Shown piece after piece: positions 31,031 through 41,158 of a stretch of 64,000 bases of DNA. The notes beneath the pieces were generated by a model, which saw nothing but the letters and a program-made list of their open reading frames with translations, was not told the origin of the DNA and searched no databases. A program made the translations under genes and the position numbers. The DNA is from Chamaesiphon sp. Lineage in GTDB: Bacteria > Cyanobacteriota > Cyanobacteriia > Cyanobacteriales > Chamaesiphonaceae. The stretch's first letter is position 1, and each line of letters begins with the position of its first letter. The stretch covers positions 32,001 to 96,000 of the forward strand of contig CBDFFH010000051.1 in assembly GCA_965246715.1 (NCBI GenBank), written 5' to 3'.

Positions 31031-34000
31031 TACTCAGATTGTGTATTAATCAACCTTAACAGTTCGGCAGTTGAGACTTTCGCACTAACATCGGCTCCTT
31101 CGAGGAGACTATCTGCCAGATCGCGCTTGTGCTTGTGGAGATCGACAATTTTTTCTTCGATCGTGTGTTTGGCAACCAATCGATAAATCGTCACCGGACG
31201 TTTTTGCCCGATCCGGTGGGTGCGATCGGATGCTTGATCTTCTACTGCCGGATTCCACCAGGGATCCATATGGATTACATAATCAGCCGCCGTTAGATTT
31301 AGTCCCGTACCGCCAGCCTTGAGGCTGATGAGAAAGACATCACCTACACCTGATTGGAAGGCATCGACACGGAGTTTGCGATCGCGTGCTGAGGTACTAC
31401 CATCGAGATATTGATAGCTAATTTTTTGGGAATCTAAGTATTGGCGAATCAGACTTAGATGGCCGACAAATTGACTGAATACTAGAGCTTTATGTTTATT
31501 TTCTAAAAGTTCTGTCAGGACTTCACCGAATAGTTGCAGTTTGGCGCTGGGTACGCCGATATCTGGAGAAATTAACTTCGGATTGCAACAAGCTTGGCGC
31601 AGTTTCATGATTTCAGCTAATACTTGCAGGTGCTTTTGTCCCGCAGGGGCATCGCTGTCTGCGAGTTTAACGATCGCTTGTTGGCGGAGGGCTTCATAAA
31701 ATGCCATCTCTTCGGCGCTGAGTTCGACTTGGAGGGTGATTTCCGTGCGCGAAGGGAGTTCGGTCAGCACTTGATTTTTGAGACGACGGAGGATGAAGGG
31801 TTGAATTAGTTTGCGAAGATGGTTGCGAGGATTGCGATCTGCTGAAGCATTTTCTATCGCATAGCCAAACCGTTCGTTAAAACTTTCTAGCGAACCGAGT
31901 AAGCCAGGATTGATAAAGCGGAATAAATTCCAGAGTTCGCCGAGATGATTTTCGATTGGTGTTCCAGTCACGATTAATTTAAATCCGCCTTGGAGATTCA
32001 TCGCTGCTTGCGATCGCTTGGTGGCAAAGTTTTTAATCGATTGAGCTTCATCTAAAACGATCGTTTGCCACTGAATTTTGGCTAACATTTCGCCCACATC
32101 TTCCTGTTGCAATAGTCCGTAACTGCACACCACGAGATCGAACGGTTGGAGGTTGTCTAAAATAGCTTGACGATCGCCTGTACCAAATTGAATCGGATTT
32201 AGGGTTGGCGCAAAGCGTTCGGCTTCAGCGATCCAATTCATACACACGGATGTCGGCGCGATAATTAATGTCGCACCAGCCGCAGCACGGGTGAGAATCA
32301 GAGCGAGGGATTGGACGGTTTTGCCTAATCCCATATCATCTGCCAGACATGCGCCTACACCCCAATGTGCGAGCCGCGCCAACCAGCGAAAACCCTCGAC
32401 TTGGTAATCCCGCAATTCGGCTTGCAATGTTGACGGTAATTCGGGTTGAAAACTCTCTACCTCACGCAACTTTTTGATATGCGCTTGCCAATGTTTGTCG
32501 GTTTTGAGTTGCTCCACATCATCGAGCCAATCTTCCATCGTCAGCGCGGCGAGGGGGTGAATGCGGAAACCTTTGCCATGTCGTTCGGATACCCCACGCA
32601 ACTCATTCAACCGCTGCCGAAATTCTTCGGTGAGGGCGAGAAATTGACCGTCGCCCAGGGGGACAAAGCGACTGGGAGATCGATCGAGTAGTGCCAGCAA
32701 TTGTTGTAATTCCACCACCCGATCTTCATCTACCTGTACCGAGCCAGTCGTAGCAAACCAATCATTTTCCCGCTGAATCCGCAGCTGAAAATCTGCCAAA
32801 CCAGCCTGCCGACTGACGCGCATCTTCTCGCCTTCAGGCCATTCAACCATGGCAACATCATCGAGACCTTGCAACTCTACTAATAATTCTAAGCAATCTT
32901 CCGCCTCCTCAATCAGCCACTCGCCTTTATGTTCCTCCGTCCGCTCCAATGTCGGACAAGCGGAAATAATTGCATTCGCCAACCGCTTCTCTGCCACCAA
33001 ATCGCGGGTAGTCTGGAGCCGTTGGCCGTCAACTTCGGCAATAATCGTTTTCCCACCTACCCCAGGGCTATAATATGGCCCTGTGGGAGCGAATGGGCGC
33101 GATAGCACGGCAACTTTCAATCCCGAGCCATGCGGTAACAACTGAACGTGGGGTTGCGGATCGCTGGGTACTTCCTCGATATTCGCCGCACCGCCACCGA
33201 TATCGGAATGAACGTTAACGATGTTGGAAATGCTACTAATCGCGGCTAGAACGCGATCCTTGGCAGCCATCGGTACTTCTAAGCGATTCTGTTTGCCCAA
33301 AATTTCGGCAATCCGGCGATGTTCTTCATTAATAAAAATTGCTTTAAGTCGAGTCGGACTCTCCTTTTGCACCATGACATTTTTACCAATCGCGAGTTCG
33401 GGTGACAGTGCCAGCACGATGCGCTTATCTTTAATAGTTTCGATCGTTAATTCTGGCTCGCCCGCAACTACTTCAATTCTAGAAACTGGATTGTCTTCCC
33501 AAAATACTAAGGGGTGTCCGATTAGTGCCACGATCGCTTTCTCATTAAACCGATAATCGGCAGAACCCCAGCCACCAATATTGTAGCTTTCGATATGACC
33601 GCAGATCTTAAGATCCTGTGGCGTTAAATAATCTAAGGCGATTGCCCCACGCAATCTTTTGAGCGCAACATTTCGCCCCTTACTCCATTCACCTTTGGCA
33701 TTGCGACTCTGCTCGCGGGGTTGGATCAGATAGCTGGTATTGCCATACATTGTTATCGCCCATGCTAATCGCCGATCTTTAGCAACCGGATCGGCAGTAA
33801 CGGGTACATTTTTTTGGTGGAGATTAGTTAACGCAGTCAAGCATAATTCCCACTGTTCTTGTGGTTGAATTAATGTTGCCAGATTCGTAATTCCAATTTG
33901 TTTTTGTAGTGATATCGATTGTTTTTGATAATAACTCTGAAATTTCTTGCTCGGGTCTAATCGCGATAAGATTCCCGCCGCTTCCATTGCCAACCAGTGG

Positions 34001-35259
34001 TAACCAGCCGCACTCGATCGATCGAAGAAGTTTTCGAGGATATCCGGCAATAGCTGACTGGGCGGTTTTTTATCGATCCAATGCATACACAAAGCACGGA
34101 TGATGATTTCAATACTATGTTGATTGGCAAAGGGGGTTGCCGTGAGAATCAGCTCGCGTCGATCGAGTTTGCCAGTTTGATACTCGATCGTCTGTTCGAG
34201 AATTTTATAAGTAGAACTCAGCCAAGATTGCGCCTGGATCGCTACTTTTACATGTTCCAAAGCTGTGCGGAGATCTGCATTTTCTCCCCGTCTCAGTAGT
34301 GCGAAGATATAAAATACACCACTCATCGAGGCGAAATAAAATTTGCGCTTGCCACTAGCTTTCTTGAAGCTAATTAGGGCAGTTTCATATTCAAATATCG
34401 CTGATTTATCGTCGCCACTGAGAAAGTAGTGCCAGCCCCAAAACGGGCTAAATCTGTCGCGCCAATCTAATGGTAATCCAGTGAGGATTTCCTTGACTTC
34501 TGCTACTTTACCGCGCAACAGCAATTGTTCCAGTAGTAGAGCATACATCGATTCTGCCCTCGGTTGGGCTTGGAGCTGTTGTGGCGCGATCTCCTGAAGG
34601 GTTTCAAATGCACCATTTGCTGGCAGAAGTTGTTCGATCGAATCTAAGAGAATTTCACCGACGATCGCCCCTGCTAATCCTAAATCTAGCGTCGCAAACC
34701 AATCGCGATCGAAAGGATTATTACAGATTTGCTGCCATAAAGTGCCGAGAGAGACAACATCGGCATAATGCTGATAACGAGCATAGTCGTCTAGCTGTTT
34801 TTGAATGAATTTTACATCATTGTTATATAGTCCCAATCGAACTTCCCGTACCAATTCGTTATAGTTACGGAAAATACTCACGCCGCTACTATATCGATCG
34901 AGTGGCAACAGTGTTGTTACCGCCTCGCTGAACACCGCAAATTGCCCATCCCGCACGGCATCGCGACTAGCAATTTCAGCGATTAGCGATTGGATCTGCA
35001 AGCTATGTTTGCCATTGGCTACTAATAAATCGCTCCCAATTAAACGATCGAGATAAGGCTTGAGTGTTGAGACATTCAACGACTTACTCCCACACAATTT
35101 TGTATGTTCTAGACAAGCCAATATTTGTGTTCTACTAACTGGGCGATAAATTACCGACATCAATTGCACGATCGCTCGATCGAGTTCGGGTAAACTCTGG
35201 TAGCTAACCACTAGTCGATCTCGTCGGTCTTTGATGTTCGTGTAATTATCATTCATCAT
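31030..35259 (-). CDS. SNF2-family (DEAD/DEAH) helicase with long N-terminal region
   Basis: LRDYQ, LADDMGLGKT, LDEAQ, TGTPIEN, LISLKAGGTGLNLT, DPWWNP, QASDRTHRIGQ motifs. Confidence 0.95.
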   Translation of the reverse strand: MMNDNYTNIKDRRDRLVVSYQSLPELDRAIVQLMSVIYRPVSRTQILACLEHTKLCGSKSLNVSTLKPYLDRLIGSDLLVANGKHSLQIQSLIAEIASRDAVRDGQFAVFSEAVTTLLPLDRYSSGVSIFRNYNELVREVRLGLYNNDVKFIQKQLDDYARYQHYADVVSLGTLWQQICNNPFDRDWFATLDLGLAGAIVGEILLDSIEQLLPANGAFETLQEIAPQQLQAQPRAESMYALLLEQLLLRGKVAEVKEILTGLPLDWRDRFSPFWGWHYFLSGDDKSAIFEYETALISFKKASGKRKFYFASMSGVFYIFALLRRGENADLRTALEHVKVAIQAQSWLSSTYKILEQTIEYQTGKLDRRELILTATPFANQHSIEIIIRALCMHWIDKKPPSQLLPDILENFFDRSSAAGYHWLAMEAAGILSRLDPSKKFQSYYQKQSISLQKQIGITNLATLIQPQEQWELCLTALTNLHQKNVPVTADPVAKDRRLAWAITMYGNTSYLIQPREQSRNAKGEWSKGRNVALKRLRGAIALDYLTPQDLKICGHIESYNIGGWGSADYRFNEKAIVALIGHPLVFWEDNPVSRIEVVAGEPELTIETIKDKRIVLALSPELAIGKNVMVQKESPTRLKAIFINEEHRRIAEILGKQNRLEVPMAAKDRVLAAISSISNIVNVHSDIGGGAANIEEVPSDPQPHVQLLPHGSGLKVAVLSRPFAPTGPYYSPGVGGKTIIAEVDGQRLQTTRDLVAEKRLANAIISACPTLERTEEHKGEWLIEEAEDCLELLVELQGLDDVAMVEWPEGEKMRVSRQAGLADFQLRIQRENDWFATTGSVQVDEDRVVELQQLLALLDRSPSRFVPLGDGQFLALTEEFRQRLNELRGVSERHGKGFRIHPLAALTMEDWLDDVEQLKTDKHWQAHIKKLREVESFQPELPSTLQAELRDYQVEGFRWLARLAHWGVGACLADDMGLGKTVQSLALILTRAAAGATLIIAPTSVCMNWIAEAERFAPTLNPIQFGTGDRQAILDNLQPFDLVVCSYGLLQQEDVGEMLAKIQWQTIVLDEAQSIKNFATKRSQAAMNLQGGFKLIVTGTPIENHLGELWNLFRFINPGLLGSLESFNERFGYAIENASADRNPRNHLRKLIQPFILRRLKNQVLTELPSRTEITLQVELSAEEMAFYEALRQQAIVKLADSDAPAGQKHLQVLAEIMKLRQACCNPKLISPDIGVPSAKLQLFGEVLTELLENKHKALVFSQFVGHLSLIRQYLDSQKISYQYLDGSTSARDRKLRVDAFQSGVGDVFLISLKAGGTGLNLTAADYVIHMDPWWNPAVEDQASDRTHRIGQKRPVTIYRLVAKHTIEEKIVDLHKHKRDLADSLLEGADVSAKVSTAELLRLINTQSE

Positions 35260-35476
35260 CTATGTCAGCCACATACAATCTCTGACGGGTGTTCGAGTAT
35301 ATTTCAGTCTAGCCCAGATTATAACTACCGACAGGAAGATTATCCCGATGAGTCAATTATCCTCTAAGGCACGCTGTTACTTTTTTAAGACTGGTATTGA
35401 GAATCTTCTCGCCAACAACTAAAATTCTGCCATGTCAAAAAATAATCCAAACCAGCAGTAGTAATGATGTGCATAA

Positions 35477-36187
35477 CTATAATTGAGTCTGACTCGGAAT
35501 GATAATCAGTGAAAAATAGGGGACATTGCGCGGATCGACATCCTCGATCGGCACGATCCGCTCATCGACACCAGTGGCGCGTTCGATATACTTGGCGCGA
35601 TCTAACAGATCTAAATTACTCAATACCTGGCGCACCTTATCGAAATGACGACGCAGTTTGATAATGGCGATCGCATCGGCATTCAGTAATTGGGCTGTCA
35701 ATGCCTCTGTGGACAAAGTTGCTGAAATAACACTAAAAACGTCATTTTGATAGCAGATCGGCGTGCCGATCGCCGCTGCCGCTGCCATTGGCGAACAAAT
35801 CCCCGGCACGATTTCGGTGATAAAGCGATCGGCTAACCGCGTAAACAGGTACATAAACGAGCCATAAAATAACGGATCGCCGACACATAAGACCACGACA
35901 TCTCTACCCGCAGCTAAATGTGCCGAGATTGGTGCGATCGCTTCTGTATATAGATTTTCTGCCGCCACCGGATCGAGCGCGCGAGGAAAATGGAAACACA
36001 CCTCGATTTGTTTGCCTGTCAAGTAAGGTGAAACGATCGATCTGGCGACGCTCTCCCGATCGGTTGCCGATTGGTACGCCACGACTGGAGCCGCTTGTAA
36101 TAATCGCAATGCCTTGATCGTCAATAACTCCGGGTCGCCAGGCCCGACCCCAATTCCATACAATCTTCCTGTCTGAATCGCGACCAT
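35477..36187 (-). CDS. cobI: Precorrin-2 C20-methyltransferase
   Basis: GIGVGPGDPELLT, GDPLFYGS, PYFSLII; follows cobH. Confidence 0.93.
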   Translation of the reverse strand: MVAIQTGRLYGIGVGPGDPELLTIKALRLLQAAPVVAYQSATDRESVARSIVSPYLTGKQIEVCFHFPRALDPVAAENLYTEAIAPISAHLAAGRDVVVLCVGDPLFYGSFMYLFTRLADRFITEIVPGICSPMAAAAAIGTPICYQNDVFSVISATLSTEALTAQLLNADAIAIIKLRRHFDKVRQVLSNLDLLDRAKYIERATGVDERIVPIEDVDPRNVPYFSLIIIPSQTQL

Positions 36188-36843
36188 TATTCTTGCTCCA
36201 TTGCGAGTGCATTTACCGCAGCAGCAGCCATCGCACTGCCGCCCCGTCTACCATGAATCGTCAAAAATGGAATACCGCGACTGTCAGCCGCCAGCGCCGC
36301 TTTCGATTCTACCGCACCGACAAAACCGACGGGAAAGCCGAGGATCAGTGCGGGTTTTGGTGCCCCTTCATCCAACATTTCTAAGAGTCGAAATAATGCC
36401 GTCGGGGCATTCCCGATCGCGACTACCGCTCCAGCCAAATGTGGCAGCCAGAGTTCTAAAGCTGCTGCCGAGCGCGTATTCTCTAGTTGTGCGGCTAATT
36501 CTGGTACCCGCAGATCTGGCAACGTACAAATAACACGATTATCCGCAGGCAAGCGTTTGCGCGTGACCCCATCCGCCACCATCCGCGCATCACACAAAAT
36601 CGTTGCCCCTGCTGCTAACGCTCGCCGCCCAACCCGCACGGCATCGATCGAGTAATCTAGGTCAGTGACGATATCGGTCATCCCGCAGGCATGGATCAAC
36701 CTCACGGCAACCGGATCGAAATCGGCGGGCAAACAGTCTAATTTGGCCTCAGCCCGAATTGTCGCAAATGACTGACGATAAATTTCCGCCCCGTCCCGAA
36801 TATAGTCGAGCGGCTGGCGGATTTTCGAAGAATTAAATAACAT
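36187..36843 (-). CDS. cobH: Precorrin-8X methylmutase
   Basis: IYRQSFATIR, RLIHACG, TRSAAA, IGNAPTAL, GRRGGSAMAAAAVNAL. Confidence 0.95.
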   Translation of the reverse strand: MLFNSSKIRQPLDYIRDGAEIYRQSFATIRAEAKLDCLPADFDPVAVRLIHACGMTDIVTDLDYSIDAVRVGRRALAAGATILCDARMVADGVTRKRLPADNRVICTLPDLRVPELAAQLENTRSAAALELWLPHLAGAVVAIGNAPTALFRLLEMLDEGAPKPALILGFPVGFVGAVESKAALAADSRGIPFLTIHGRRGGSAMAAAAVNALAMEQE

Positions 36844-38284
36844 GAAATACTTGCTGCAATTGAGCTAGAGATTGACGATTGGTAAACGCGCGAAAAGATT
36901 CTTCGGGACTAACCCGTCGCTCTTGATAAGCCCGAATCAATCGATCGATCGCCAACCGCACATCCTCGGGTGTTAAATAATCCCGTAGTTCCCGCCCAAA
37001 TTTATCGTCACCGCCCCCAACACAGAGCCGATACCCTGACTTTCGTTCTGCTGTTTGCGGACAGCCCCAGAGTGCGATATCTGCCTGATAATGTTGAGCG
37101 CAAGATTTATCGCACCCGCTGAAGTGGATATTCACCGATCGATCTAGGCTAAACTTTGACTCCAAATATTCGGACAACTCGATCGCATCCCGCTGAGTAT
37201 CTGTCGCCCCAAACTGACACCCGCTCGCACCCGCACAAGCCATCAATAGCCCATTAATATTATTTGCACTACCCAACCCTAGCAAGCCAATTAATTCCTG
37301 CACCTTGGCTACATCCTCATCTCGAATGTCCGATACGATCGCATTTTGCCACGGAGTCAATCGAATCGTCCCACTCCCATATTCACGGGCAATCTCCGAT
37401 AACTGCTGCAATTGCCACGAATTGAGCCTGCCCAACGGCAAAACTCCCCCCACATAACTCAATCCAGCCTGCTTCTGCTGCCATACTCCCAGATGGGTAC
37501 AAGCCCGATCGGTAGGATGTTCGCTGCTTTCAGGTGCGATCGTTGCACTCCAGCGACTTATGCTAGCTGCTTTCCATTCTGTTTCTACAACTCGCTGAAA
37601 CCGCTCTAAACCCCAAGCTTCAATCACAGCTCGCAAGCGCGGCTTCCGTCGCTCATCCCCGCCCAATTCCTCAATTCCCCGCCGATAGCTAGATGCGATC
37701 GCCCCTAACATGGGTATACACTCATCCACGCCCAACCGTACCCCAACACTCACAGGTGCCTCACCCCGCATCCCCATCGCTAGATGTAATAAAAATTCAC
37801 TGTCGGAAACAGCTAATAACGTAATATCGTTGGGTCGATCGAGAATACTCACACTCCCGCCACCATCGAAACCCACACTAAACTTATTCGACAACATCCC
37901 CAACTCGGGACTCGTGATTAAATATTCATTCCAAGCCGCCACCAACGAACGTACATCGATTAGCTCCGTCGGATCGATACCGGAGATCGGGCTTGCCATA
38001 ATATTCCGAATCCCATCCACCGCTTTATTTGCGGTAACCAATCCCTCGGCGATTAGTGTTTGCAAATCCCAAGGTGCGATCTCTCCCTCCAGTCCCCGAA
38101 TCTGCAAATTAGCACGATTGGTAACTTGAAAATAATTCACGCCAGTAGCTTCTAATAGCGACGCAGCAGCCAAACACTGCCCTCCCATCAAAATTCCCCC
38201 AGGAATTCGCAGTCGAGTTAATAGTCCATCGCGGGCAACCGCTGGATGATAGATATCTGGACAGATCGATCGATTGGCAGACAC
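36833..38284 (-). CDS. cobG: Precorrin-3B synthase (nitrite/sulfite reductase-like fold)
   Basis: CP...ARDGLLTRLRIPGG, TNRANLQIRG, RLTPWQN, ACAGASGC, HFSGCDKSCA; overlaps cobH. Confidence 0.9.
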   Translation of the reverse strand: MSANRSICPDIYHPAVARDGLLTRLRIPGGILMGGQCLAAASLLEATGVNYFQVTNRANLQIRGLEGEIAPWDLQTLIAEGLVTANKAVDGIRNIMASPISGIDPTELIDVRSLVAAWNEYLITSPELGMLSNKFSVGFDGGGSVSILDRPNDITLLAVSDSEFLLHLAMGMRGEAPVSVGVRLGVDECIPMLGAIASSYRRGIEELGGDERRKPRLRAVIEAWGLERFQRVVETEWKAASISRWSATIAPESSEHPTDRACTHLGVWQQKQAGLSYVGGVLPLGRLNSWQLQQLSEIAREYGSGTIRLTPWQNAIVSDIRDEDVAKVQELIGLLGLGSANNINGLLMACAGASGCQFGATDTQRDAIELSEYLESKFSLDRSVNIHFSGCDKSCAQHYQADIALWGCPQTAERKSGYRLCVGGGDDKFGRELRDYLTPEDVRLAIDRLIRAYQERRVSPEESFRAFTNRQSLAQLQQVFHVI

Positions 38285-38354
38285 TTAATTCTAACTCCCT
38301 CCTCATGCAACGCAAGGAATAGGTGAATGTGAGTACCACCTGGGTACACTCTAG

Positions 38355-38450
38355 ATACGGTGTTCTGACTCGAAGCGCGTCTTCGCTCCATCACAGTTGC
38401 GGCACAGCCCTGGATTTGCACCAGACTTTCCCGATCCCAAGCTAGACTAA
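38355..38450 (-). promoter_or_regulatory. Cobalamin riboswitch upstream of cobG
   Basis: Minus strand reads GGGAAAGTCTGGTGCAAATCCAGGGCTGTGCCGCAACTGTGA...GAGTCAGAACACCG (GGGAA, T-loop, ACTGT and B12-box-like AGTCAGA). The 5' boundary is uncertain. Confidence 0.85.
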
Positions 38451-38657
38451 TCTAACATGAGATGGTGACTAGTTACATTGCGGTCGATCCAGAAGCCGAA
38501 AATCGGAACAATCCCCAAATCCCGCCCGTCAAGAACATCACATCCCACCTAATGGCAGACAGTTCGGAAACCTAATATAAGCTATCCCAACCAAAATAGT
38601 GGAATTCAGGCTAAGATTGCCTTTAGTGTGAGTAAGTATAAATAACTATTCAAAGCC

Positions 38658-38843
38658 ATGTCTTCCAGTTTCCTAACCCTCGATCGTCCGGTTAAATCTG
38701 CTACTTCAGAGCGCGATCGACAAATTGCCAAGTTGACTAGAGCGATGTATCCAGCCGATCGACAGGAGAAGTTTCTCGAACTTCAAGCTGAAGTCGATAC
38801 GCTACTATCCCAGCTCCAAAGCTTACAACAAGTTCGTAAATAA
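38658..38843 (+). CDS. Small hypothetical coiled-coil protein
   Basis: 61-aa ATG ORF (YPADRQEKFLELQAEVDTLLSQLQ) followed by a terminator-like hairpin. Confidence 0.7.
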   Translation: MSSSFLTLDRPVKSATSERDRQIAKLTRAMYPADRQEKFLELQAEVDTLLSQLQSLQQVRK

Positions 38844-38919
38844 GATCTTTTTTCGGTTGCCAGCGCTTTTCGATCGATGCAGCAAAATCTTTTGTTGCTA
38901 CTTAACCTTGAATTTAAAG

Positions 38920-38952
38920 CAATGGGGGTGTCAGTCTTTGGCATCCCCATTG
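38920..38952. terminator. Hairpin between convergent genes
   Basis: CAATGGGGGTGTCAG-TCT-TTGGCATCCCCATTG. Confidence 0.6.
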
Positions 38953-39036
38953 TTATGAACTTGCTTCTGCATACTCGATCGCCAAGTTAGAGATGGGAGC
39001 ATCCCATCATTGCTAGTTACTCACAGTAGATTTGAC

Positions 39037-40026
39037 TTATCTCACTCCGCGCGTTGGCAGTGAATAAATAGACACCAGTGATTGGATCAAGCCATTTGCT
39101 GCTTTACCGTACTCCTCAACCTCTATGAGTTGCTCGACCGCATAGGTCATACTTTCTTCGAGATCGTGAATCGTCGCGTAGGTTTTGAGCACCTCTAGGA
39201 GCAGATCGTCAAGATGGTATTCGCGGATAGTTGCGGCTGATTGATTTCCAAAGTTGACATTTGGATACAACATCACCAACAAAATCATTTTTGCCCGTAA
39301 AGGGTTGGTATAGCTCATCACGTTCTGGCGCAAGACGAACGGATCGTAGTCTGGCACATCCGGCCGTTCTAAGGGCAGCTCGTCTGGCATCTGCGCGTCA
39401 TAATAAGTTTCGTAAGCAGATTCATCTACCTCATCAGCAGTGGCTTCTTGCTCGAATTGTTGGGTGGGTGCAGGTGTGTACGCACGCTGAAATGCTGATG
39501 CTACCTCTCTATCGACGCTTTGTGTGGCCTGGGTAGGTGCCGGAGCATATGCCCGTTCGATCGCCACGGGAATGCCGCCATTGTAGGCTTGTGTAGGTGC
39601 GGGAGTGTAAGCCCGTTGGATCGATGAAGGAATCCCTCCATCGACATGCGATTCAGTTGGCTCAGGAATTGGCGCTGGAGCGACTGACTGTTGTACTACA
39701 GATTTAGCACCATGTTCTTGTTGAAATTCTGGATACAGTTGGCCGATCGCCAGATAAATTACTTTAGCAATTTCGATATACTGCTTGGGCTTATTGACGG
39801 TTTTGACTAAATTTTGTAATAAAGTTCTAAATCGATCGAGTGTTACTTGTTCTCTAACAATCTGCTCGATCAAAAATTGGGTATTAACCGAATTCAAATA
39901 ATCGATATCTTTCTCCCATCTACCTGTACCTAGACAGTACAGCATTTTTTTGATGCGTATAGCCTCGCGATGTCTATCTAGGTAGTTAACGACTTGTTGA
40001 AGTAAGTTGGCGTCATTAATCCTCAT
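39037..40026 (-). CDS. Hypothetical protein with two similar helical domains and an internal repeat linker
   Basis: 329-aa ORF; RAY(T/A)PAPTQ occurs three times in the linker. Confidence 0.8.
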   Translation of the reverse strand: MRINDANLLQQVVNYLDRHREAIRIKKMLYCLGTGRWEKDIDYLNSVNTQFLIEQIVREQVTLDRFRTLLQNLVKTVNKPKQYIEIAKVIYLAIGQLYPEFQQEHGAKSVVQQSVAPAPIPEPTESHVDGGIPSSIQRAYTPAPTQAYNGGIPVAIERAYAPAPTQATQSVDREVASAFQRAYTPAPTQQFEQEATADEVDESAYETYYDAQMPDELPLERPDVPDYDPFVLRQNVMSYTNPLRAKMILLVMLYPNVNFGNQSAATIREYHLDDLLLEVLKTYATIHDLEESMTYAVEQLIEVEEYGKAANGLIQSLVSIYSLPTRGVR

Positions 40027-40469
40027 GAAGTTAACCAGCTTTTATCTAAATTTTAGTTATCTGAAACTGCAAATATGTTCGTTAGGTTGGAAAATACCGA
40101 AGAACTTCACAGTTGATGCAAGTGATGCCGGAATTTTAGCGAACGATCGCTCGATCTCGATTCTCGAAGCTACAACAGCTAGCGACGCTCCATAGCTAGC
40201 CTATGTTCGATTCGATCGCAACCTTTGCTGGGTTGTGTTGAGAAATTTTTAGATCTCAACTGTTCATATTGTTCCCTGCTTGCACGCATCGCTAACTATA
40301 AATTGGATCGAGCGCTCGAATTAGATCCGATGGAAATTTTCAAATAAGTAGCGGGGGAGTTAGTTAGGGAAGTGGCCAGTAAATAGAATGCGGTACTTTA
40401 TCGATTGCTAAACAACTCGATCGGTTGGGGATGATGCTCGGGCGCGGTATCTATATTTATTTTCTGGTT

Positions 40470-40505
40470 GCGAATGCGCGTAATCGATCGATTACGCGCA
40501 TTCGC
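40470..40505. repeat. Perfect 36-bp palindrome
   Basis: GCGAATGCGCGTAATCGA|TCGATTACGCGCATTCGC, no spacer, 12 nt past the ycf51 stop codon. Confidence 0.9.
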
Positions 40506-40517
40506 GCTGGCAGATCG

Positions 40518-41036
40518 TCACGTCTTAATCCGATCGACTTTATCTAAATTAGCACGATCGATCCGAATATTTAATTCACCGTCTTCGCCACCACCGAGCG
40601 AGCGGCTAACTTCTCCGAGTACTAACGGCTCGGACACGCCAGGACGCGGATGGAGCACCGTCCGCGCACGGATCTTGAGTTGGCGGTCTACAGCGCCAGA
40701 GCGACCGTAAGAATACAAATCGGCTGCGGCTTGGCGAAGCGTAGCATCCAATCCAGTTTCACTAATTGGCGGCGCGACTGCGATGGTGGCGCGATCGCTA
40801 CCGTTATCATAAATCAAGGAATAATGTTTTGCGCCAGGGATATTACTGTGGACGATCGGCACCAGACTCAAGCCAAATAAGCCAACAGTCAATACGCCCA
40901 TAAATCCGGTAGCACCCACCAATCGGTATTTAAATCCCCACTTTAAAACTAAAGCTAGAACCGTTAGTACCGCAAATACTAACGTTGCAATTGCCGACCA
41001 TTGGAAATATTTGAAGAATTCAGCAGTTGTAATCAT
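40518..41036 (-). CDS. ycf51: Ycf51 family protein
   Basis: WGFKYRLVGATGF, YDNG, ATLRQAAADL, IRARTVLHPRPGVSEP motifs. Confidence 0.85.
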   Translation of the reverse strand: MITTAEFFKYFQWSAIATLVFAVLTVLALVLKWGFKYRLVGATGFMGVLTVGLFGLSLVPIVHSNIPGAKHYSLIYDNGSDRATIAVAPPISETGLDATLRQAAADLYSYGRSGAVDRQLKIRARTVLHPRPGVSEPLVLGEVSRSLGGGEDGELNIRIDRANLDKVDRIKT

Positions 41037-41040
41037 AGTT

Positions 41041-41078
41041 AGTAGCTAGTGTTCTAGTGGCTAGTGGCTAGTGGCTAG
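41041..41078. repeat. STRR heptamer array (AGTGGCT)n
   Basis: AGTAGCT AGTGTTCT AGTGGCT AGTGGCT AGTGGCT. Confidence 0.75.
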
Positions 41079-41158
41079 GATCGTCCTATTCCATTAGTAG
41101 CTAGTAGGGTGGACTGTGCCCACGATCTGAGTTCGAGCTGATATTTGTGATGTCTTCG

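Noticed and set aside
35385..35474. Tiny ORF MHIITTAGL... as a HigB-like toxin remnant
   Set aside because: Only 29 codons, and the resemblance is limited to the first few residues.
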